Of a stretch of DNA of 59,560 nt, positions 10,424 through 20,677 are shown one piece after another; position 1 is the stretch's first letter, and every line of letters begins with the position of its first letter. The position numbers and the translations under genes were made by a program. The notes beneath the pieces were generated by a model. It was not told the DNA's origin and did no database searches. It saw only the letters and a list, made by a program, of their open reading frames with translations. This DNA comes from Candidatus Hodarchaeota archaeon (GTDB lineage Archaea > Asgardarchaeota > Lokiarchaeia > Sigyniarchaeales > SOKP01), in NCBI GenBank assembly GCA_048886685.1, contig JBHLKM010000004.1, positions 207,989-267,548 on the forward strand. Direction: 5' to 3'.

Positions 10424-11743
10424 TTATTTGTTAAGAAGAGAATTCATATGATCTATTCGCTTTTGCAATAATTTTAGGGTTCCTACATCCTTCCTGTGAA
10501 ATAATTTCCCCTTGATACATCCTACTCCTGCCTCCGCAATCTTCTCAGCCTTTTCAAGAGAACCAGAAATTCCTAGAACGCCCATTGCTCTAGAGCTTGT
10601 TGTATACACATTTTTCCCTTCTCTATAAACTGATGCATAATAATACTTAGCACCTGTCTTTTCTAATTGTTTCTTATCAATATTAATTATTTCGTCTCTT
10701 TTTGGATTCACAGGATAACCTTCGGGGGCCAGATATTTACATACAGTTGCTTTTTTCTCAAATTCATAATTTTTAGATAAGTTCCCATTAGTAATTGCCC
10801 AACATATATCAACAAAATTACCTTTAAGAAGAGGTAGAACATTCATTGCCTCTGGGTCTCCCCATCGAGAGTTGTATTCTATTAATTTAATACCAGATGC
10901 GGTTTTCATGAATTGTCCATATAAAAAACCCTTATATTCTACACCAGTTTCTGCTTTAACTGCTGCTATTGTTTTTTTCATATCTGCGAGGGCTTCATTA
11001 ACATCATTTTGAGTGAAAAAAGGCATCAGATGATCTTCCATGCTATATGAGCCCATTCCTCCTGTATTTGGTCCTTTGTCATCTTCATAAGCTCTTTTAT
11101 GGTCTTGAACTAACGGAGAACCGATTACATTTTTGCCATCAACAAAAGATTGCAAGGTAAATTCCTCACCATCACATTTTTCCTCTAAAAGAAACCTATT
11201 TTTTTTATCTACCAATTCACTACAATATTCTAAAAGATCCTTTTTTGAAAAAAGGTGATCACCATAAACTTTTACTCCTTTACCTCCTGTAAGTCCTTCA
11301 GGTTTCACAACAATATTTTCTTCTCCCATATCCTTTATGTAGCTTTCAACACCCTCCATAGAATCAAACATTTTGCTCGTAACATTTGATTGGATTTTAT
11401 ATTTTTTTAATAATTCTCTCATGAAAACCTTTGAACCTTCCAATTGAGCAGCTTCTATTTTCGGTCCAACACACGGAATTCCACCTTTTTCTAAAGCGTC
11501 AACTATTCCAACTACTAAAGGGGCTTCTGGTCCAATAACCGCAAAATCTATACTATTACGATTACTAAATTCAAGAATTTCTTGAAAATCAGTTTCAGAG
11601 TGAATTTTAATATTCTTACTCAAATCTTCTAATCCTGCATTTTTAAAACTCATGAAAGAAAATAGATTTGCTCCATCTCTAACAAGTGTTTCTCCGATAA
11701 CATGTTCCCTTGCGCCATGCCCTACAATCAAACAATTAACCAT
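10424..11743 (-). CDS. purD: Phosphoribosylamine-glycine ligase
   Basis: GHGAREH, IGPEAPL, LEGSK, GGKGV, QDHKRAYEDDKGPNTGGMG, EYNSRWGDPEA. Confidence 0.97.
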   Translation of the reverse strand: MVNCLIVGHGAREHVIGETLVRDGANLFSFMSFKNAGLEDLSKNIKIHSETDFQEILEFSNRNSIDFAVIGPEAPLVVGIVDALEKGGIPCVGPKIEAAQLEGSKVFMRELLKKYKIQSNVTSKMFDSMEGVESYIKDMGEENIVVKPEGLTGGKGVKVYGDHLFSKKDLLEYCSELVDKKNRFLLEEKCDGEEFTLQSFVDGKNVIGSPLVQDHKRAYEDDKGPNTGGMGSYSMEDHLMPFFTQNDVNEALADMKKTIAAVKAETGVEYKGFLYGQFMKTASGIKLIEYNSRWGDPEAMNVLPLLKGNFVDICWAITNGNLSKNYEFEKKATVCKYLAPEGYPVNPKRDEIINIDKKQLEKTGAKYYYASVYREGKNVYTTSSRAMGVLGISGSLEKAEKIAEAGVGCIKGKLFHRKDVGTLKLLQKRIDHMNSLLNK

Positions 11744-11969
11744 TATTTTTCAATACAAATAATAAATCCAATTCAATTAAATATATTTACTAACTAGGTC
11801 AACAAATGGTTTTAACATTAATTATTAACCAAGTAATTACTCTATCTATTTAAAAAAGAATTTTAATTCTTTAAAAGCTTGTTTTAAATAAAAGACTAAT
11901 TTTGAACAAGAAAAACTCTTATAGGGATTTAAGAAGTAAAAAATGAGTTAATACTAAAATTTAACCCAT

Positions 11970-12533
11970 CTACATTTTTACCCCGCATTTAGCGCAAAAT
12001 TTTGCGTCTAAATGTAATTCATGACCACAATTTGGGCATATTTTAGTTTTCTTCTCTTCTTTCTCCAACTCTCCAAGTTTAGATCCACATATAGGACAAA
12101 ACTTAGCATCACTTTCAATTTCTTCCCCACAAAAGGGGCAATTAATTTTTGTAATGGGTTTTTCAACAACAAGTTGTTCTACTTGGGGACGTTGTCTTGC
12201 TGCTATTTGGACATTTCCAACTCTAACTTCGATTGGTAAAGTTAAAATAACGTTATTCCTTGAAGATAGGGTAGCTGTTAAAGTAAAAATACCTTCCGCT
12301 CTAGGAATAATCGAAAATAATCTACTTTTCTTATTTCTCCTCCCAATACCTCCATAACGTTCAGATTTTATTATAATTCTAATTTCTGGAGGTCCATTAA
12401 GCACTACTTTTACTTGGGGAAGATAATAATCTGCCAGATTTTGAACAACTAAATAAAATTCTCGTTTTCTACTTACGGACCCGTACACTGCTTCTGCGTT
12501 GTTTTTTAACCCAAAACTTATTTGATTGCTCAT
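11970..12533 (-). CDS. Beta-sandwich domain plus double zinc-ribbon protein
   Basis: Four CxxCG motifs (CPFCG, CPICG, CPNCG, CAKCG) after a beta-rich N-terminus. Confidence 0.75.
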   Translation of the reverse strand: MSNQISFGLKNNAEAVYGSVSRKREFYLVVQNLADYYLPQVKVVLNGPPEIRIIIKSERYGGIGRRNKKSRLFSIIPRAEGIFTLTATLSSRNNVILTLPIEVRVGNVQIAARQRPQVEQLVVEKPITKINCPFCGEEIESDAKFCPICGSKLGELEKEEKKTKICPNCGHELHLDAKFCAKCGVKM

Positions 12534-12729
12534 TTTGTCTAATCTTTTTAAGATTTATAGGATTTTATAATGATTTCAATATTTATACTTTTCTATATTC
12601 ATTACTATAAAATTGAGATTTCCAACAAATCAATCTAATTTAATTGCTAATAATACTAAAATAATATTAAATACTTTATAAACACTGGAAGAATAAAAGA
12701 AAAAAGTAAATAAATTTACTAAGGTTGTC

Positions 12730-13677
12730 ATGTCTGAAATTTGTATTGAATTTAATAACGTTTCTAAAAATTATAAGGATCTCATTGCTTTAGATAATAT
12801 TTCTTTTGAAGTACAAAAGGGAGATATCTTTGGATATATTGGTCCAAATGGAGCGGGTAAGACAACTACGATTAAAATTTTAGTTGGTCTAATTACAGAC
12901 TTTGATGGAAAAGTCTCAGTTTATAGAGATAATGTTCTTACCAACAGAAAAAATTTGCATAAAATTATTGGATATCACCCTCAAGAAGCTGGATTCCAAG
13001 AATGGCGTACAATAGATCATGCGTATAAATCATTTGGACGACTTTCTGGGCTCACATCATACTATCTTGAAAATCGCATTAATAACATTTTGGATTTAAT
13101 TGGGCTTATTGATTTTCGTTATAAGAAGATAACTCACTTATCAGGAGGGATGCTTCAAAAATTAAGGTTGGGACAAGCTCTTCTCCATGAACCAGAAATA
13201 CTGGTACTGGATGAGCCTTTATCTGGATTAGATCCCACAAGTAGATTTCAATTTAAAGGAATTATTAGGGAACTTGCTAAAAAGGGAATAACAATATTAT
13301 TTTCATCCCATATTTTGAGTGATGTTCAAGATATTGCTAGTAAAATTGGAATCCTAAACCAAGGGAAAGTTATGAAAATCGGGTCTCCTGAAGAGCTCCA
13401 AAATAGCTTTCATATTGGAAATTTGATTGAAATAACTGTAGCTGAAAATACACCTCTTTGCGAAGGGCTTGAAATGGTTTCTGAAGTGGATTACGTAGAG
13501 AAAATTAAAGATAATAGACAAGTAGTTCATTTAAAGTCTAACATAGATATTGATGTCAGTATCTCAAAAATTATGAATGTCCTATTGCAGCAAAATTGCA
13601 AATTACGAAACCTTGCTCTTTTAAAGCCTAGTTTAGAAGATGTATATTTAAAATATGTGGGAGGTGAATTTAAGTGA
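12730..13677 (+). CDS. ABC-2 type exporter ATP-binding protein
   Basis: GPNGAGKTT, LSGG, LVLDEP, SSH. Confidence 0.95.
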   Translation: MSEICIEFNNVSKNYKDLIALDNISFEVQKGDIFGYIGPNGAGKTTTIKILVGLITDFDGKVSVYRDNVLTNRKNLHKIIGYHPQEAGFQEWRTIDHAYKSFGRLSGLTSYYLENRINNILDLIGLIDFRYKKITHLSGGMLQKLRLGQALLHEPEILVLDEPLSGLDPTSRFQFKGIIRELAKKGITILFSSHILSDVQDIASKIGILNQGKVMKIGSPEELQNSFHIGNLIEITVAENTPLCEGLEMVSEVDYVEKIKDNRQVVHLKSNIDIDVSISKIMNVLLQQNCKLRNLALLKPSLEDVYLKYVGGEFK

Positions 13678-14333
13678 GTCTAACTTTACTTTTCCTTGAT
13701 GAATTGAGAGGTTATGCAAAATCAAGAGTCATGATTGTATTATGGTTTGGATTACCAATATTATCATTATTAATTTATTTTCTTCAACCCGATACTGAAG
13801 GCTTACCAATTTCTTTTTTAGTTGGGCTTCTGGTTTCAAGTATAGGAGGGACTCTTTCTGGTATAATGCTTAGTACTTCTATTGTGAGTGAAAAAAACCG
13901 ACATGTCTATGAATTATTTTTAATAAGACCTGTTAGACGTAGTAGCTTGCTTTTAGCCAAATTTTTTGCTGTCTATACGTGTTTAGTCGTAGCTATAGTC
14001 ATTTCTTTAATTTTTGGGTTGGCTATTGACGAATTTAGGGACGGATTATCTAGATTATTATTAATTGAAACAATTGAATCATTAATAATTAGTATAGCTT
14101 CGATGGCTATTACATGTTCGATTGGAATTTTCTTTGGAGTATTGGTTTCTTCTGTACCTATAGCTGCAATCTTATCTGTTTATTTAGGTAGTCAGTTGTC
14201 TTCAATAATACTTTTACCAACATTCTTTATTGTGAGTTTAAATCCTGTTATTTTGGCTTTAACCTTAGGGATTTCTATTACAAGTATAATAATGACCATA
14301 AATATATATCTTTTTAATCGTCAACAATTTTGA
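13674..14333 (+). CDS. ABC-2 type permease
   Basis: About 6 TM helices, SEK..RPVRR..LLAKF motif, GTGA overlap with the ATPase. Confidence 0.88.
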   Translation: MSLTLLFLDELRGYAKSRVMIVLWFGLPILSLLIYFLQPDTEGLPISFLVGLLVSSIGGTLSGIMLSTSIVSEKNRHVYELFLIRPVRRSSLLLAKFFAVYTCLVVAIVISLIFGLAIDEFRDGLSRLLLIETIESLIISIASMAITCSIGIFFGVLVSSVPIAAILSVYLGSQLSSIILLPTFFIVSLNPVILALTLGISITSIIMTINIYLFNRQQF

Positions 14334-14357
14334 GTTAAAAAATCAGTCTATACTTCA

Positions 14358-14948
14358 TTACTTTTCTACTTGTTCTTTATTAGAGAAGTTCCTAAATGCA
14401 AAGATTATTCTCTGGAGTGCTGTAAAGTTAGTACCCACTGCTAGAACTACCATCGTCCACCATATAGCTGTTGGGAACCAAATTTGTAAAATTGCCCCAA
14501 TAAATAAAAGTGGGACTCTGTCAGTTCTTTCTATTAATCCAACTCCATATAAATTATCAATGCCTAGTGCTTCTATCTTTGCTCGGGTATAAGAAGTTAA
14601 AAAAGCACCTATAATAACCATAATCCCAATTTCAATACCAACATATCTTCCAAAAATAACACCAGAAAATATAAAAAAATCTCCTATTCTATCTAAAGTA
14701 GAGTCTAGAAACGATCCTAACTTCGTTGGTCCCTGAATTCGTGCGACTACGCCATCTAATTGATCGAAAAATTCGGTGATAAATAAAAATATAATAATTA
14801 AAATCAAAAATTGAAAAACAAACGCGATAAAACTTAAGATAGCAAAAAATAATCCCAGAAATGTAAAAACGTTGGCAGGGATTCTCTTTATCTTACGAGC
14901 TAAAGGTAATAAAGCTTTTCCAGAGAACTTTTTTACTTGTAATAACAT
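14358..14948 (-). CDS. CDP-alcohol phosphatidyltransferase (archaetidylinositol-phosphate synthase-like)
   Basis: DQLDGVVAR...GSFLDSTLDRIGD signature, SYTRAKIE, GLIERTDR. Confidence 0.92.
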   Translation of the reverse strand: MLLQVKKFSGKALLPLARKIKRIPANVFTFLGLFFAILSFIAFVFQFLILIIIFLFITEFFDQLDGVVARIQGPTKLGSFLDSTLDRIGDFFIFSGVIFGRYVGIEIGIMVIIGAFLTSYTRAKIEALGIDNLYGVGLIERTDRVPLLFIGAILQIWFPTAIWWTMVVLAVGTNFTALQRIIFAFRNFSNKEQVEK

Positions 14949-15012
14949 TCTAAATTACATTTATTAATATTATATACAATAAAAATTGTATAAAAGAAAA
15001 AAAAGAAATTAA

Positions 15013-16506
15013 TCATAATCTATAAATCGGTTTGAATTTATTCTCAATATATTTAAGGAAATGATCCGGATTTAATGCCTCTCCGGTTACCAGCTGAATT
15101 AATTTTTCTGCTCTATAGATTCTCCCATATTCATGAATATTTTCTCTCAAATAATTCAGTAGATTAGAAAATTCTCCATTTTTATAATCTTCTGGTAAAT
15201 TTGGATTTGCCTTTAGTGCGCTATTATAAATCTGTGCTGCATAAAGATTTCCTAGAAAATATGTAGGAAAATATCCTATATTCCCCATACTCCAGTGAAC
15301 ATCTTGTAATACACCTTTAGCATCATTGGGGGGAACGATTCCTAATAATTCTTCAAACTTCGAGTTCCATATCTCTGGTAGCTCATTAACTTGAATTTTA
15401 CCTTCAATCATATCTTTTTCAATTTCAAATCTGAGAATGATATGTAAACCATAGGTTACCTCGTCGGCATTTACCCGAATAAATGACGGCTTAACGATAT
15501 TAATAGATCTGTGAAATTCTTCTAACGGATAATCTTTCAAATTTTCAGGGAAATATTTTTGAAATGTTGGATACCAATACATCCAAAATTCTTTACTTCG
15601 TCCTACTATATTTTCCCACATTCTTGATTGAGATTCATGAATTCCCATTGAAGTGCCATTGCATAAAATCGTATCATGTAGCTCTTTTCTAATGCCCATC
15701 TCATAAATAGCATGCCCATACTCATGAATTGTACTAGTAATGCAATCTGGAAAAGGTTCTGTTGTTCTTGTCGTAATTCTTACATCCAAAGAAGCAAGAG
15801 AAGTTGTGAATGGATGAGTTACCTTATCTTGACGGCCATATCCAAAATCAAAATTTAATTTAGTAATAATTTCTCGACTCAGTTCAAATTGCTTATCTTC
15901 ATCATAAGATTTCCCAAATATAGAATCATCAGGTTTATCAGGAGAAGCATTTAACTTTTTCACTATATCAATTAGTTTTGGTTTAATGGGGTTAAAAATA
16001 TTGGCAATCCAACTATAAGTTGCTCCCGGTTCGTATAAATCTATTAATGTGGAATATAAATCGGGGTGTGTTTCAAGTTTTTCTGCTTTTTCTTTCTGTA
16101 ATTCTACAGTTTTTTCTAATAATTCCTTAAAGATTGAAAAATCACTTTTTGCTCTTGCTTCTCTCCATTCCTTTGCAGCTAAAATACTAGTCTCAGCAAT
16201 TTCGGTAACTAACTTTTCAGGTAATTTTGTAGCCAAATTATATTCTCTAGTAATTTCACGTAACATAGCAGTTTCAATTTCATCTAAATCAAGTTTGTTG
16301 GCTTCTTTGATCAATTTACCAACTTTTTCTGAGGTAACTCTCTGATGTATTAATTTCTCAATTAGAGCAACTTGTTTCGATCTTCCCTCTAGACTTTTAT
16401 AATTTTGCATATTTACTTCTTGATCCCAGCCTAATACAGCTTCAATATAATTCAATCTCATTATTTCAGCAAAATACTCTCGTAGTTCTTTTATTGCAGT
16501 CATCAT
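15013..16506 (-). CDS. Carboxypeptidase, M32 (Taq) family
   Basis: HPF, DVRITTR, HEYGH, HESQSR, IRVNADE, QDVHW, GYFPTY. Confidence 0.96.
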   Translation of the reverse strand: MMTAIKELREYFAEIMRLNYIEAVLGWDQEVNMQNYKSLEGRSKQVALIEKLIHQRVTSEKVGKLIKEANKLDLDEIETAMLREITREYNLATKLPEKLVTEIAETSILAAKEWREARAKSDFSIFKELLEKTVELQKEKAEKLETHPDLYSTLIDLYEPGATYSWIANIFNPIKPKLIDIVKKLNASPDKPDDSIFGKSYDEDKQFELSREIITKLNFDFGYGRQDKVTHPFTTSLASLDVRITTRTTEPFPDCITSTIHEYGHAIYEMGIRKELHDTILCNGTSMGIHESQSRMWENIVGRSKEFWMYWYPTFQKYFPENLKDYPLEEFHRSINIVKPSFIRVNADEVTYGLHIILRFEIEKDMIEGKIQVNELPEIWNSKFEELLGIVPPNDAKGVLQDVHWSMGNIGYFPTYFLGNLYAAQIYNSALKANPNLPEDYKNGEFSNLLNYLRENIHEYGRIYRAEKLIQLVTGEALNPDHFLKYIENKFKPIYRL

Positions 16507-16663
16507 AAAGACCTTTAGTATCGATTAGTTTAAATCAAACAAAATTAGTTAAGCTTTTACAAAAAAGTTTTACTATTAGGTAGATGAGTTATTAATTATT
16601 TTAAAAGAAGTAGGTTATGAACTTTTATTGAACTTTTTTATACTAAAATCAAAGATAGATAAG

Positions 16664-18226
16664 TCATGATGTTTGTTCGTGTTTAACAAAAAAGTCAGCA
16701 GCTAATTTAATATCATCTATAGTTAATGGTCTTCCTAAGGTTTGTTCCAAATCACTTACTAATTTTTCACATAATTTCAAACTTAGTGAGCTTCCTTTTT
16801 CAGAAATTCTATTGTGAACTTCTTTAGCGAAATCAGAAATCTTTGGTTTTTTAATTTCCTTAGCTAATTTTTCATGAGGAGAAAACAATTCCATAGGCAT
16901 TTTTAATTCTGGTTTCTTAACCTTATCTTCTTCACTTTGTGAGAAAATAACAGGCTTAACTGCTTTAGACGGTATTTCGGAGAGTTTTATAAGTTTTAAT
17001 CCAGATGGCTTTGGTTCTAATTTTTGAAAAGAGACTATCTTACTTGTAGATTCTTCAGAGGGGGTTTTTAATTCTTCTTTATCTTCTTCTTGGCGAATAA
17101 TTTTAACAGTGGGAGCTGTGGTGGGAAGAGGTTTAACTTTAATCTTCTTTTTAAATTTTAATTCTCTAGGGATTTCATACTTCATATCTTTCGTGAATTC
17201 TTTCCTAAGCTCTTTCTGCTCTCTTAATTTTGTACTTAATTCATCTACTTTTTGTTGGAATAGATTAACTTTTTCAAAATCTTGGTAGCTGGTTGTGATT
17301 TTTACAAGGTCTCTATATTTAGCTAACGCTTGGACAATATTTCCAACATTAAGTAAATTTTCTGCTTCTTTAACTAAATCTTCAAAATTTTTTGGGAGCT
17401 CCTTTTTTAACCCGAGGTAATCTTTGATTAAAACTAGAATTTGTAATTTAGCATTTGGAGAATTTAAAGAGATTTCTTCAAACTCAGAAAAATGTAAATC
17501 ATTTCTTATACGTCTAAGATCCTCATCATCTACTAATTCTCGCTTATTCCCGAGAATTAATAGTTTAGAATAGTTACTATCCATTTTTTGAAGATTTATA
17601 AAATGATTCAATATTTTCAAATGGTAATTTGCTAGATTAAATAGAAGTATTACTAAATCAGAACCTCTAACAAATTTAGACCAGAGTAATGAAAAATTAT
17701 CACGTAATTGAAAATCCCAAATTTCAAAACCCAATCCATTAATATTGAATGTAGATGATTTCGCAAAATCCATTATTACTTTTTCATCATCACTTCTGAG
17801 TAAATCATAAAGCGTAGTTTTACCGGCATTAGTCGGCCCGATGATTGAAATTTTTGAATGCATGTTTCTCTGAATTTGATTTAGAAAACTTGAGAACTCA
17901 TCTAACTTCTCAGTTGATTCTTTAAATTTTAAAGGATCTGGAAACAACTCTTGGAATTTATTGATTATTTTTAGCACGATTTCTTCTATATATTGTAGAG
18001 AATCGATAAGGTCTGTAACTAATAGAAAGTATAAGCCATTTACACCTGTATGGAAGATCTGAAAATTTGAAATTTTACGGTTAATTATTTTACCGGGGAT
18101 AGGCATTTCCATGTACTTATTAATAGTTTCAACTATATTTTTTAACTCTTCAGTTCCAAAAGCTATAGCATAGTCTTTCACAAATATATGTTCTTTCTCA
18201 GAAAAGATATGAATTTGACGAAGCAT
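16664..18226 (-). CDS. Longin-like domain + degenerate small GTPase + helical/low-complexity tail
   Basis: N-terminal longin-like pattern (..GLYFLLVTD..IINKFQELF), P-loop GPTNAGKTT, altered G3 WDFQL and G4 GNKRE. Confidence 0.75.
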   Translation of the reverse strand: MLRQIHIFSEKEHIFVKDYAIAFGTEELKNIVETINKYMEMPIPGKIINRKISNFQIFHTGVNGLYFLLVTDLIDSLQYIEEIVLKIINKFQELFPDPLKFKESTEKLDEFSSFLNQIQRNMHSKISIIGPTNAGKTTLYDLLRSDDEKVIMDFAKSSTFNINGLGFEIWDFQLRDNFSLLWSKFVRGSDLVILLFNLANYHLKILNHFINLQKMDSNYSKLLILGNKRELVDDEDLRRIRNDLHFSEFEEISLNSPNAKLQILVLIKDYLGLKKELPKNFEDLVKEAENLLNVGNIVQALAKYRDLVKITTSYQDFEKVNLFQQKVDELSTKLREQKELRKEFTKDMKYEIPRELKFKKKIKVKPLPTTAPTVKIIRQEEDKEELKTPSEESTSKIVSFQKLEPKPSGLKLIKLSEIPSKAVKPVIFSQSEEDKVKKPELKMPMELFSPHEKLAKEIKKPKISDFAKEVHNRISEKGSSLSLKLCEKLVSDLEQTLGRPLTIDDIKLAADFFVKHEQTS

Positions 18227-18415
18227 GATCTATTAAAACTAAGGTCTCGATATAAAAAAAAAAGAAATACTTATTAATAATTCTTTATAATTCTCATACT
18301 AGTAGGTCTAACCATCTTTTATAATATTTTTGAAAAATAATAAAAAATATTAGATTTTAATAATTGTTTAATCATAGAATAAGTTAGATAAAATTGAATT
18401 TAAGAAATTCCTAAG

Positions 18416-19372
18416 ATGCCTTTAACTCCTGATAAGATTTTAAATTTTCTCGACAATGAATCAGAGACGAAATTTAAATCGGAATTAATAGATTTATTGA
18501 GGAAACGTATTGATAGACTTTGTTTTGATGAATGTGAGCGAGATAGAATACAGTGTACTCTAACCCCTCTATGTAGTCGTAGATTTTTACTTAAATTAAG
18601 AATAAAAAACGGACTCAATTTAGATGAATTGCCTAAGTTTTGTTATAGTGTTCATAAGGGGGTTATAGAAAGGTTTTTTAGAAATAAAACAGTTGTTTAT
18701 AGACCTTATGATGCTTATTTATATCTAATTGACTTTTTGGATGTTTTTTTTCATGGAGATTATCGAAAATTGAACAAATTTTTATCTTTTAAAAATTGGG
18801 AAGAAGCAATTAAGATTTTTGATGATCGGATTCATAAAAGGAATGAAAAATTCGATTATCTTTTCACAGAGAATTATTTAGTATTTAAATTTGAAGATAA
18901 GATTCATGTAATTTTTATGAAAGAGAAATATGTTTTATGTAATGCAAATCGTGAAAACATCCCTGACCTTGAGTTATTACAAGGTGTTTGCAGACTTTAT
19001 TCTGGGATATATTTCCCTGAAGTAAAATTAAAGGAAAGTCAATCAAAACATGTCGAAATTTCTGTTAAAGTTCCTTTTGATGTATTAAATGAAATATCAA
19101 AAGAACCTTCTAAAGAAATTGATTCTAAAGCAGATCATTATTTTTGGAATACATTTTGGGAAGACCTTAATGCATTAACTCAATATTGTGATGAAATACA
19201 CCTACAAATGGATAAGAATCAAAATTTAGAGATATTGTTATACCTTAGTACTGAAACTAGTAATTATGATGAAGAAGAAAATCCCGTACCTCTTAGATTT
19301 AGGGATTTAAGACTAATATTAAATTTCATAAATCGAATTTATCAAGATTATTATATTATTTGGGTGGATTAA
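18416..19372 (+). CDS. Hypothetical protein with N-terminal Cys cluster
   Basis: 318-aa ORF containing CFDEC..C..PLC..FC; likely operon with the next gene. Confidence 0.7.
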   Translation: MPLTPDKILNFLDNESETKFKSELIDLLRKRIDRLCFDECERDRIQCTLTPLCSRRFLLKLRIKNGLNLDELPKFCYSVHKGVIERFFRNKTVVYRPYDAYLYLIDFLDVFFHGDYRKLNKFLSFKNWEEAIKIFDDRIHKRNEKFDYLFTENYLVFKFEDKIHVIFMKEKYVLCNANRENIPDLELLQGVCRLYSGIYFPEVKLKESQSKHVEISVKVPFDVLNEISKEPSKEIDSKADHYFWNTFWEDLNALTQYCDEIHLQMDKNQNLEILLYLSTETSNYDEEENPVPLRFRDLRLILNFINRIYQDYYIIWVD

Positions 19373-19396
19373 AAAAAGAAAAATAAAGTGATTATT

Positions 19397-20671
19397 ATGA
19401 GTGAAGAAGGAGTAGAAATTGCAGAAATAAGATCTATTAAAGATTTTGTAAAGGATGGAAGAATTGATGATGCTGTAAATATTATAGCTCTTTATCTTGG
19501 TGATTCAACAGAAGAAAATTATATAGACAGACTAGAAAACATCCTTGAGACACTTTTGTCTCTTCATGGAGGAAGAACAGTACTAAGATTTTTACTTGAA
19601 AACTTAATTATTGATATCCCCTCATTATTAGAAAATCTTTCCAAAAAAGATTCTGTCTTGAGATATACCTTCCTATTATTACTAAAAACAATCTGTGAAA
19701 ATGAATGTGATTTATTCCTACCTTACAGTGAAGATTTATTGAAATCCGATGATCCAAATGTTCGAGAAGCAGATTTGCAATTAATAATTTACATGGCGGG
19801 TGGAGATGCTAAAATTGATGACGAATCTTTAATTAACACAATTGTTGAAAAACTAACTGATGAGAAAGACTTTGTAGCTGAAAAAGCAATACAAGCCCTA
19901 ATAACTATCGGAAATAAATCGCCAACATTGGTAACAAAAATTTTAACTGATTTTGCAAGGGAAACTTCAGATATTCCGGAAAATGAAGAATTAAAAAGCT
20001 CTATTGATACAATATTAAAATCAATAGTCACTGTCGAAAAAATAGAGGAAATCGTTGAGGATGAAAAGAGTAAGACAGAAACACCTCCTGAAAAGATTAC
20101 ATTCGATGTATCACTCCCTGAAGATTTAGAAAAAGAGGAAACTGAGATCTTAGATAAAGAATTTGAATTGAAAAAGAAAGAACTAGAGATTAAGAAAAAA
20201 AAATTAGAGTTAGAGGAAAAAGAGAAAGAAATTGAAGAAAAAGTGATTCAAACAAAAGAAGAAGTATTAAAGTTAAAAGAAGAAAAATTGATAAGTGAAT
20301 TGAGTAAAGAAACTGAAGTCAAAGAGAAAACCCCTAAAGTAAAACTTCCCAAAAAATTAAAAAAAGAAGAATCAGAAATAATCGATAAGGAACTTGAATT
20401 AAAAAAGAAAGATCTTGAGATTAAAAAGAAAAAATTAGAAATTGAGGAAAAGGAGAAAGAACTAGAGGAAAAAGAAATTTTAGAGAGAGAAAAGGTTCTA
20501 AAATTAAAAGAGGAATTAATTGAAAAGGAAAAAGAGTTATCTCAAGTAGAACTAGAATTAAAACAAAAAATAATTAAACAGAAAGAACAAAAGATTAAAG
20601 AAGAAGAAATGAAAAGAGCCGAAGAAGAAATGAAAAAGATTCAACAAAAATTTGGAGAAGATGAAAATTAA
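19397..20671 (+). CDS. HEAT/ARM-repeat protein with long duplicated E/K coiled coil
   Basis: DDPNVREA and DEKDFVAEKAIQAL HEAT-like units; E/K-rich C-terminal half. ATG at 19397 (GTG at 19388 also possible). Confidence 0.75.
   Translation: MSEEGVEIAEIRSIKDFVKDGRIDDAVNIIALYLGDSTEENYIDRLENILETLLSLHGGRTVLRFLLENLIIDIPSLLENLSKKDSVLRYTFLLLLKTICENECDLFLPYSEDLLKSDDPNVREADLQLIIYMAGGDAKIDDESLINTIVEKLTDEKDFVAEKAIQALITIGNKSPTLVTKILTDFARETSDIPENEELKSSIDTILKSIVTVEKIEEIVEDEKSKTETPPEKITFDVSLPEDLEKEETEILDKEFELKKKELEIKKKKLELEEKEKEIEEKVIQTKEEVLKLKEEKLISELSKETEVKEKTPKVKLPKKLKKEESEIIDKELELKKKDLEIKKKKLEIEEKEKELEEKEILEREKVLKLKEELIEKEKELSQVELELKQKIIKQKEQKIKEEEMKRAEEEMKKIQQKFGEDEN
20114..20515 (+). repeat. Intragenic duplication of a 57-aa coiled-coil unit (20114-20284 and 20345-20515)
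   Basis: LPEDLEKEETEILDKEFELKKKELEIKKKKLELEEKEKEIEEK..VLKLKEE vs LPKKLKKEESEIIDKELELKKKDLEIKKKKLEIEEKEKELEEK..VLKLKEE; 231-nt period. Confidence 0.85.
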
Positions 20672-20677
20672 AACTGA

